Shown here: one piece after another, positions 56,965-64,000 of the stretch | How the letters are laid out: each line of letters starts with the position of its first letter | Numbering within the stretch: the first letter of the stretch is position 1 | Assembly: GCA_041652815.1 (NCBI GenBank) | Contig: JBAZGN010000004.1 | Location: forward strand, 79,890-143,889 | DNA length: 64,000 nt | Direction of reading: 5' to 3' | DNA from: Candidatus Omnitrophota bacterium | Lineage (GTDB): Bacteria; Omnitrophota; Gorgyraeia; Duberdicusellales; 4484-171 | Notes under the pieces: generated by a model | Database searches by the model: none | What the model saw: the letters and a program-made list of their open reading frames with translations, nothing else | Told to the model about the DNA's origin: nothing | Program-made: the position numbers and the translations under genes

Positions 56965-57744
56965 ATGGATAACATTAAGATTTGGTTACCGTTATTATTA
57001 GCTTTTTTGGCTGGGCTCTTTACATTGCTTGGTAGCCTTGTTTGTTTTCTTGTAAGAGACCTTAAGAAATCTTATCTGGAATTTTCTCTGGGGTTGTCAG
57101 CTGGAGTAATGATTTATATTGCCTTTGTAGAATTATTAACTTCGTCAATTAGAAACATCGGTTTCTTAAAAGCAAATATGTCATTCTTCGGAGGTATTAT
57201 CCTGATTATGTTTCTCGATTTTGTTATTCCCCACGAATATATTGACGAACATATTCAAAGGACAGGGGGAGATAAGAAAATTATGAAAGCCGGAATATTT
57301 ATTGCCATTGGCTTGGCAATTCATAATTTTCCGGAGGGCTTAGCGGTTTTTATGAGCTCTATGGTAAATATTAAATTAGGTATTTCTTTAGCTGTAGCAA
57401 TAGCGTTGCATAATATTCCCGAAGGTGTAGCTATAGCAATGCCGATTTTTTACGCCACCAAAAGCAGAAGAAAAGCATTCTGGTATTCTTCTTTATCAGG
57501 GATTGCCGAACCCATTGGAGCTATTGTAGGTATGTTGGTATTAATGCCATTTCTTAAATCAAACGTTTTATCTTATTGTCTTGCTGCTATTGCCGGGATA
57601 ATGGTTTTTATCAGTTTTGATGAACTTCTGCCTTTATCATGCGAGAATAAGAAGTCGCATGTGACTATTTTAGGTATTATATTAGGAATGTTAATGATCT
57701 TCCCCCGAAAAAGTGGACACAACGAAGAGTTGGTATTAGCATAA
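56965..57744 (+). CDS. zupT: ZIP-family zinc transporter ZupT
   Basis: 259 aa; HNFPEGLAVF and HNIPEGVAIA metal-binding helices. Confidence 0.8.
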   Translation: MDNIKIWLPLLLAFLAGLFTLLGSLVCFLVRDLKKSYLEFSLGLSAGVMIYIAFVELLTSSIRNIGFLKANMSFFGGIILIMFLDFVIPHEYIDEHIQRTGGDKKIMKAGIFIAIGLAIHNFPEGLAVFMSSMVNIKLGISLAVAIALHNIPEGVAIAMPIFYATKSRRKAFWYSSLSGIAEPIGAIVGMLVLMPFLKSNVLSYCLAAIAGIMVFISFDELLPLSCENKKSHVTILGIILGMLMIFPRKSGHNEELVLA

Positions 57745-57773
57745 AAACCGACTCTTAAAAAGGAGGATGTCCA

Positions 57774-58082
57774 ATGGAAGGTCAAAGCGTCAGAATGAAA
57801 CGGTTTGATAAGGCATTTAAGATTCAAGCTGTCAAAATGGTTACTGAAGAAGGCCAAAAAGCCTCAGAGGTAGCCCGTTCATTAGGAATCCATGCTAACA
57901 TGCTCTACAATTGGAAAAAAAGATACTCCGCTGAAGGCGACAAAACCTTCGTAGGCAAAGGTCATCTGAGTGAGATAGTATCTCTGCGGCGGAAGCTACG
58001 TGACGCCGAGATGGAGATAGAAATCCTAAAAAAAGCAGTCGGCATATTTTCAAAAACGACCGAGAACGGTGCGAGTTTATAG
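57774..58082 (+). CDS. IS3-family transposase OrfA (HTH)
   Basis: 102 aa; HTH; ends just past the A7G slippery site ctaaaaaaagc. Confidence 0.75.
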   Translation: MEGQSVRMKRFDKAFKIQAVKMVTEEGQKASEVARSLGIHANMLYNWKKRYSAEGDKTFVGKGHLSEIVSLRRKLRDAEMEIEILKKAVGIFSKTTENGASL

Positions 58083-58114
58083 ACTCAAATCGTTTAAGCT
58101 ATCCGCTTGAGAAA

Positions 58115-58930
58115 ATGTGCCGGGCAGTAGAAGTATCCAGGAGCGGATACTATGACTTCAAAAGAAGGCCTAAAAGTAAGAACAGAATCAATAACGAGAA
58201 GCTGCTCATTGAAATACGCAGGGTATTCTGGGATAATAACCGTAATTACGGTAGCCCTCGAGTATGGGATCAGTTGCGTAATAAGGAACAGATTCTTTGT
58301 TCTTTGAATCGCGTTGCCAGGCTTATGCGCTACAATAACCTGGTTGCCATACAAAGGCGTAAATTCCGGGTAACAACAAATTCAAAGCATAACTATCCCG
58401 TATGGCCGAATGTCTTAAATAGAAACTTCTCTGTAGAAAAGCCCAACGCTGTCTGGGTAACGGATATAACCTATATCTGGACATTTGAGGGCTGGCTGTA
58501 TCTTGCGGCAATCATGGATTTGCATTCCAGAGGTATCGTAGGCCTTGCTATGGATAAGACTATTTCCGATACCTTGACGCTGCAGGCATTGGGACAGGCA
58601 ATCCTAAGACGTTCACCGCCCAAAGGGTTGATTTGTCATTCCGACAGAGGAACTCAGTATGCCTGCAACGATTTTAAGGCATTATTGGCTCAGCATGAAC
58701 TTATCGGCAGCATGAGCAAAAAAGGCGATTGCTGGGATAATGCCGTTGCTGAGAGTTTTTTCCATACGCTTAAAGTAGAGCTTATACACCGGATGAAATT
58801 CAGAACCAGAGAAGAAGCGAAAAGAAAGATATTTGAATACGTGGAAATGTATTACAACACCAAGAGGGCACATTCAACACTTGGCTACTTAAGCCCTTTT
58901 GAGTATGAAAAGCAGGCGCTAGTATTTTAA
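58115..58930 (+). CDS. IS3-family transposase OrfB (integrase core DDE)
   Basis: 271 aa; D...D...E rve domain (WVTDITYI, HSDRGTQY, E in VAESFF); -1 frame relative to orfA. Confidence 0.8.
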   Translation: MCRAVEVSRSGYYDFKRRPKSKNRINNEKLLIEIRRVFWDNNRNYGSPRVWDQLRNKEQILCSLNRVARLMRYNNLVAIQRRKFRVTTNSKHNYPVWPNVLNRNFSVEKPNAVWVTDITYIWTFEGWLYLAAIMDLHSRGIVGLAMDKTISDTLTLQALGQAILRRSPPKGLICHSDRGTQYACNDFKALLAQHELIGSMSKKGDCWDNAVAESFFHTLKVELIHRMKFRTREEAKRKIFEYVEMYYNTKRAHSTLGYLSPFEYEKQALVF

Positions 58931-58944
58931 AGGAGAAAGGAAAT

Positions 58945-59559
58945 ATGAAAAAATTAATAATTTCAACACTTTTATCATTTTGCTTTTTATCTCTTGTGTA
59001 TGCGAGCGAGTCTGATAATTTCCTTAAAAAAGGAAATCAGTATTTTAGAGAAAAATCATATGAGAAGGCTTTAGGACAATATCAAGAGGCTCTGAAAATG
59101 TCACCCAATGATGCTGAGGCATATTTCAATATTGGCCTCATATACAGGGAGAAAGGGAATTATAAAGAGGCTAAAGAAAAATTTCTAAAGGCTGAAGAAT
59201 TATACACACTGCGCAATCAACAAGAAAAAAAGAAAGAGGCAGAAAAGTTACGAAGATCAATGGAGCTTGTGTTAAGAAATCAAAGAAGGGCCGGATATCT
59301 ATTATTTATCTTTATCCCTTTATTCATCTTTAGCGTGTTTCAAATGAACAAAAAAAGAATAAAATTCTCTCAAGCTAATAATGTAATAGCCTTCCTTCTA
59401 ATCATAACAAGTTTATTAGCTAATCGTTTTTTGCCATTTTTTCAACGGCAGTCTTTATTGTGGTGGAATAGAGCGATTATATGTTTTGGAACAGGTGTTG
59501 GGGGTTTATTTTTTCTTGTAAAAGGTTTATTAACCTATTATAAGCTAAGAAAAAAATAA
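58945..59559 (+). CDS. TPR-repeat protein with C-terminal TM helices
   Basis: 204 aa; signal peptide; 2 TPR; 2 C-terminal TM. Confidence 0.5.
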   Translation: MKKLIISTLLSFCFLSLVYASESDNFLKKGNQYFREKSYEKALGQYQEALKMSPNDAEAYFNIGLIYREKGNYKEAKEKFLKAEELYTLRNQQEKKKEAEKLRRSMELVLRNQRRAGYLLFIFIPLFIFSVFQMNKKRIKFSQANNVIAFLLIITSLLANRFLPFFQRQSLLWWNRAIICFGTGVGGLFFLVKGLLTYYKLRKK

Positions 59560-59718
59560 AATGGAGTTTTTAGTCACTGAAAACAGGCGTTATTATCTTA
59601 ACAATCTGTCCACTAAAGAGGGGAAGGTCATAATAATTGCTTTGAGCCTATACTTGTTTTAAGGATACTATTTTGATCGAGTTTTAATTTAGTAAAGTAT
59701 AATCAGTTACTGCGAGTT

Positions 59719-59758
59719 TTGACTTTCTAACCCTCTGTGATAATATATTGCAGAGGGT
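59719..59758 (+). promoter_or_regulatory. Promoter/operator module copy 7
   Basis: gttttgactttctaaccctctgtgataatatattgcagagggtt. Confidence 0.6.
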
Positions 59759-59796
59759 TTTTTTGATTGGGGTGAAATAAAGAAGAAGGAGAAAAG

Positions 59797-60183
59797 ATGG
59801 AGATTAAACGACCAAGAGGCGTCATAATTTTTACTTTATTAGGCATATTTTTCCTTGTTATGGGTTCAACAAGATGGTTGCCTTTCAAACCACTACAATT
59901 AAGCATATTTATAATTTGGCTAATTTTATATTATTTCCTTTTTCAATTAAAGAATTGGAGCAGGATTGTTCTTTTGATTCTTAATATATTTTTAGGTGGG
60001 GCGGTTATTTTGCTTGTTGTTGGATTCATAGTATTATATATTTTTAAACCAGATATGCTTCTTATGGATAGAATAACCAATCAACCAATTTCTTACTGGC
60101 TTGGTTTTGCTCTACAAATGATTTATGTCTATACTTTTATCTATTATTTTACTCGTCCCGCAGTAAAGGCACAGTTTAAATAA
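59797..60183 (+). CDS. Small 4-TM membrane protein
   Basis: 128 aa. Confidence 0.45.
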   Translation: MEIKRPRGVIIFTLLGIFFLVMGSTRWLPFKPLQLSIFIIWLILYYFLFQLKNWSRIVLLILNIFLGGAVILLVVGFIVLYIFKPDMLLMDRITNQPISYWLGFALQMIYVYTFIYYFTRPAVKAQFK

Positions 60184-60246
60184 TCAGAGTCATTTCTTTG
60201 GTCAGTTTTTCCGCTTCCCTAAACATCACCCAGTTGCTAAATTCGT

Positions 60247-60500
60247 CCAGCCCGGGGAGTTTTGACAAAAATAGCCCAGCTTTATGCTGGGCTATTTTTG
60301 TCAAATTGCCTTGGTGAAAGGGCGAGAACACCTGCCGAGTCTGTGTAAATTTACGAAGTAAATTTACACAGTATCCAGCGAGGCAGGTGGAGAGCCCTAC
60401 CCAACTCAACCTTAATATATGTATACAGAGAGTTGTCCCTTTAGGGGTTGGGGAGTTTTTGACTTTCTAACCCTCTGTGATAATATATTGCAGAGGGTTT
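60247..60500. repeat. Long composite repeat, copy C
   Basis: cccggggagttttgacaaaaatagcccagc...; perfect palindrome 60341-60371; promoter module at the 3' end. Confidence 0.7.
60458..60500 (+). promoter_or_regulatory. Promoter/operator module copy 8
   Basis: tttttgactttctaaccctctgtgataatatattgcagagggtt. Confidence 0.6.
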
Positions 60501-60535
60501 TTTATTTTAAATAATACCGTTAAAAAGGAGAGCGA

Positions 60536-61678
60536 ATGTTTTTAAAAAAAATGCGCATAGTAAAATTTATTATTTTTATTTCCCTGGCGTTATCTTTTGG
60601 TTTAAGCAATGTTTTAGCACGAGAAACTCCCGCAGAAGCTTTTACGATTTATGATAAGGGAATAAAATATAATGAGAAAGGCAGTTATGATGAGGCAATA
60701 AGTGCGTTTAACAAAGTTATAGAACTTGATTCTAACTTTGTGAACGCTTATATACAACGTGGCTTTGCATATTATTCTAAAGGCAATTTTGATAAGGCTA
60801 TCTCTGACCTCACCAAAGCTATTGAAATTAATCCTACTAATGATGTTTCTTACTATTATAGAGGTGTGGTTTACTTTAGTAAGAATAACTACGACAAAGC
60901 TATATTAGACTATACTAAAGCCATTGAATCAAATCCTAAATATGCAGAGGCTTATTACAGACGTGGGCTTACCTATGGGATGCAAGGTAGCTTTGCCCAG
61001 GCTATATATGACTTTAACAAAGCCATTGAATTAAATCCTAAATATGCAGAGGCTTATTACGGACGTGCTGGGTTTGCCTATGCTAAGCAAGGTAAGCGCT
61101 TTCAAGCTATCTCTGATTTTACTAAGGCTATTGAATTAAATCCTAACTTTGCAGAGGCCTATTGCGGCCGTGGGGTTATCTATGGAATGCAAGGCAATTT
61201 TTCCCAAGCCATATCTGACCACACTAAAGCCATTGAAATAAATCCTAACATTGCAAAAGCCTATTACGGACGTGGGTATGGCTATGCCAAACAAGGCAAT
61301 TTTTCCCAAGCCATATCTGACTATACTAAAGCCATTGAAATAAATCCTAAAGATGAAAAAGCTTATACTAATCGGGCAGATGTGTATCTTAAGAAAGGTG
61401 ATTATGACAAAGCTATTTTAGATAGCACAAAGGCAATACAAATCAATCCCAATGGGTTTATAGCCTATTACAACCGAGGGCTTGCTTATTATTGTATGGG
61501 GCAATACGATAAAGCGTTAGCAGGTTACAAAGAAGCTATAAAGATAAAGCCAGATAAGGAAGCTTATGACGACTTTGTTAAATATGTTCCAGAGAAGAAG
61601 TCTTCTGATGCTAAAGACATAAGAGAGGAAATACTTCAACTTCTTAAAGAAAAACTGGATTTAACGGATAAGAAGTAA
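60536..61678 (+). CDS. Secreted TPR-repeat protein
   Basis: 380 aa; signal peptide; ~9 tandem 34-aa TPR units (AISD.TKAIE.NP..A.AYY.RG..Y). Confidence 0.75.
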   Translation: MFLKKMRIVKFIIFISLALSFGLSNVLARETPAEAFTIYDKGIKYNEKGSYDEAISAFNKVIELDSNFVNAYIQRGFAYYSKGNFDKAISDLTKAIEINPTNDVSYYYRGVVYFSKNNYDKAILDYTKAIESNPKYAEAYYRRGLTYGMQGSFAQAIYDFNKAIELNPKYAEAYYGRAGFAYAKQGKRFQAISDFTKAIELNPNFAEAYCGRGVIYGMQGNFSQAISDHTKAIEINPNIAKAYYGRGYGYAKQGNFSQAISDYTKAIEINPKDEKAYTNRADVYLKKGDYDKAILDSTKAIQINPNGFIAYYNRGLAYYCMGQYDKALAGYKEAIKIKPDKEAYDDFVKYVPEKKSSDAKDIREEILQLLKEKLDLTDKK

Positions 61679-61750
61679 TGTTCTTAGACTATCTTAGCGC
61701 AATTTGACCCAGTTTTTCACATAATTCTTTTTGATTATCGAACAGTAGAA

Positions 61751-61834
61751 AGTTGCGAAATTCGTCTAATGAGCCAGCATCTTTTGAAGCTGAAGGCGCA
61801 CAAAAGTGCGTTGGCGAATTATCCCCGAAGGGGA
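61751..61834 (+). repeat. ~85-nt repeated leader element (copy 2)
   Basis: Identical to 56775-56858. Confidence 0.7.
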
Positions 61835-61848
61835 CAACCCGGGGAGTT

Positions 61849-61885
61849 TTTGACTTTCCAATCCCCTGTGATAATATATTAAGAA
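61849..61885 (+). promoter_or_regulatory. Promoter/operator module copy 9 (diverged palindrome)
   Basis: tttttgactttccaatcccctgtgataatatattaagaagg. Confidence 0.5.
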
Positions 61886-61917
61886 GGTTTTTGTCCTAAT
61901 TTTAATATCTAAAAACT

Positions 61918-62460
61918 ATGGGAAACGAAGAAAAAAACAAACAACAGGAAATCCAGGAGGCGCGTGAATATGCGGAGTGTATCATTAACGCTGTGCGTGA
62001 GCCACTGGTGGTTCTGGATCAAGATTTAAAGATAATTTCAGTCAGTAATTCTTTTTACGATATTTTTAAAGTAAAACCTGAAGAGACTATCGGGAAGCTT
62101 ATCTATGACGTAGGCAATCGTCAATGGGATGTTTCTAAGCTGAGAGAGTTATTGGAGACTATTCTTCCAAAAAGTGCCAGTTTTGATAATTTTGAGATTG
62201 AGCATGATTTCCCCGGCCTTGGCAAGCGTATAATGCTTCTAAACGCCCGGAAAATTCCAAGGCCTTCAGGAAAACCAAACATAATTCTCTTAGCCATTGA
62301 AGATATCACTGAAGCTAAAAAGATATTGGATGGGCTGCGCGAAGAGATAAGGCGGTTAGAAGCATTACAGAGAGCAGCGTCTACCCGAGAACACACTATG
62401 ATGGAATTAAAAAGGAAAGTAGACGAACTGGAAAGAAGGGTATTACGGAGGCATTCATAG
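61918..62460 (+). CDS. PAS-domain protein with C-terminal coiled coil
   Basis: 180 aa; PAS-like segment IINAVREPLVVLDQDLKIISVSNSFYDIF; no output domain. Confidence 0.55.
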   Translation: MGNEEKNKQQEIQEAREYAECIINAVREPLVVLDQDLKIISVSNSFYDIFKVKPEETIGKLIYDVGNRQWDVSKLRELLETILPKSASFDNFEIEHDFPGLGKRIMLLNARKIPRPSGKPNIILLAIEDITEAKKILDGLREEIRRLEALQRAASTREHTMMELKRKVDELERRVLRRHS

Positions 62461-62518
62461 CCGCGCATTTGTTCCTTCCATGAGAATATATTGCAAGAGA
62501 TTTATTTGAGCGAATATT

Positions 62519-63280
62519 ATGAAAATAATAAAAAAAATTATTATCTTTTTTGGCATAATCTTTTTAACCTTAGTCTTGCTGTTGTCTGTTTTATTCTTAG
62601 TGATAAGAAATATCAAAGCAAAAGAGTTGATTGTAAATGAAATTAAAAAAGAGTTAGGGATAGACGTTACAATAAAAGAATTAGAATTTTCGCCACTGCT
62701 TACGTTGATTCGCGCAAAAGGTATAACTGTTTATAATCCTGATGGTTTTGAGGAAAAGGAGTTAGCTTATTTGGGTTCCCTAAACCTTGTCTGGGACCCG
62801 ATGGAAATAATTATCCATAAGCGGCCCAACATATATATTGCAACGCTGGATTTGAGGCGTTTAAATATTATTAAAAATAAACAGGGCAAAGTTAACATAA
62901 AAGAATTAATTCCTGTTAAAAATGCAAATGTTTCCGATAATAAAGATGAAACTCCTTTCCATTTCGATTTATTGATTTTAAGTATAGGGGAAATAAATTA
63001 TACTGAATACAGCGGCGACGTGAAAAAGGTAAGTAAACATAAAATAGGGATAAAAAACCAGGTATTCGTCAATTTGAAAGATGAAGACGAACTGGTGCGA
63101 TTGGTCATTTATAAGGCAATACAAAATACCGAAATCGGAAAATTAATTAATTTGACTTTAATTCCTGTTACTTCCAACGTTTTTGGTACCGTCGATGAGG
63201 CAATCGGCACAGCTAAAACCGGAGCACGAAGCCTTTTTGATGCAGCTTCAGTGCCTTTTAAAATGCTTTTGGGCAAATGA
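62519..63280 (+). CDS. Membrane-anchored hypothetical protein
   Basis: 253 aa; one N-terminal TM. Confidence 0.4.
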   Translation: MKIIKKIIIFFGIIFLTLVLLLSVLFLVIRNIKAKELIVNEIKKELGIDVTIKELEFSPLLTLIRAKGITVYNPDGFEEKELAYLGSLNLVWDPMEIIIHKRPNIYIATLDLRRLNIIKNKQGKVNIKELIPVKNANVSDNKDETPFHFDLLILSIGEINYTEYSGDVKKVSKHKIGIKNQVFVNLKDEDELVRLVIYKAIQNTEIGKLINLTLIPVTSNVFGTVDEAIGTAKTGARSLFDAASVPFKMLLGK

Positions 63281-63453
63281 AGCTCCCTGGCTACCCGGAC
63301 TTTTTCATTTCAGGATTTCTCTCGTTGTGCGAAATCCTGAGCAGTTTCGCCAAGGCGGGGTTATTGAATGGGTAATTTTTCAAGTATGAATTTGCTAGTT
63401 TGATGATAATTTTTTACAAACGGTTTCACAAAATAAAGCAAAGAGGAGGTAGA

Positions 63454-63945
63454 ATGGGGAAAAATAAATTGTTTAATTTTCTTATAATATTTTTTGGATT
63501 AATGTTTATTGTTAATACAGCGAAAACAGAAAACCTTACATCTGACGATAAAAAAATATTAGTTAAAAATCTAGTTAATGAAGCAGCTGAACTCATCGAA
63601 ACAAAGGGGCAGGCTGGAGTTGATGCTATCGCAGATAAAAACGGAAAGTTCAACACAAAAGATGCATATGTTTTTGTTACATCTGAGTCCGGCGCTGACT
63701 TGATAAATCCTGCCTTTGAGGATATTGAAGGCTTACCGTTAGAAGCATATACTGATACTGACGCGAAAGCAGCACAGATAGCAATAGTTGATGCTGTAAA
63801 AGATAAAGATACAGCATGGATAGAATATTTATGGCCGAAGCCGGGAGAAACAAAACCATCTAAAAAGATTTGCTATTTGAAAAAAATAGTTGTTAACGGG
63901 AAAATACGTATTGTGGGAGCGGGTTTTTATCCTGAGGGGCAGTAA
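63454..63945 (+). CDS. Secreted hypothetical protein
   Basis: ATG after AGAGGAGG; signal peptide; start refined from ORF 63400..63945. Confidence 0.45.
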   Translation: MGKNKLFNFLIIFFGLMFIVNTAKTENLTSDDKKILVKNLVNEAAELIETKGQAGVDAIADKNGKFNTKDAYVFVTSESGADLINPAFEDIEGLPLEAYTDTDAKAAQIAIVDAVKDKDTAWIEYLWPKPGETKPSKKICYLKKIVVNGKIRIVGAGFYPEGQ

Positions 63946-64000
63946 ATTTAATTATTTTTTAGGGGCACGAAAGTTCATTTATCCTGTAGCGTTTTATACC

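Larger units (their letters stand above)
57750..58940 (+). mobile_element. IS3-family insertion sequence (orfA + orfB, programmed -1 frameshift)
   Basis: orfA 57774..58082 (HTH), orfB 58115..58930 (DDE rve core); slippery site at ~58033; termini not resolved. Confidence 0.7.

Overview
This 64 kb window is low-GC bacterial chromosome, probably from an uncultivated lineage (inference only). Its first ~38 kb is dense with housekeeping genes, almost all on the + strand. These include a dapF-dapA-(STT3-like OST)-dapB-dapL lysine operon, folK, panC, an aspartate dehydrogenase, uvrA, exbB/exbD, lgt, nadE, eno, cutA-ccdA-tlpA, archease/rtcB, serS, dnaX and recR. Four tRNAs are present (fMet, Arg-ACG, Lys-CUU, Ser-GCU) plus a degenerate tRNA-Ser copy. 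Two tRNAs (fMet and a Thr/Asn-type) carry Azoarcus/cyanobacterial-type group I introns after U33. The fMet intron encodes a frameshifted PD-(D/E)XK homing-endonuclease-like ORF. From ~38.5 kb the window becomes accessory. A ~12.7 kb island sits in the 3' end of the intron-containing tRNA, bounded by a large serine recombinase and a 15-bp direct repeat. It carries a tightly linked four-gene operon (large membrane protein, HEPN Rx4H protein, coiled-coil+TIR-like protein, membrane-anchored protein) that I consider a candidate undescribed defence system. It also carries a truncated tyrosine recombinase, a trypsin-like protease and lipoproteins. Downstream (51-62 kb) a secreted/membrane gene set (serpin, collagen-like GQGPAG repeat protein, ZupT, TPR proteins, PAS protein) is each preceded by the same ~45-bp promoter-plus-palindromic-operator module, with at least 9 copies. 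The module is embedded in longer modular repeats containing terminators and perfect palindromes, and an IS3-family element is inserted there. Intergenic regions throughout carry unusual long word-palindromes, and a ~50-nt MITE-like hairpin element occurs three times.
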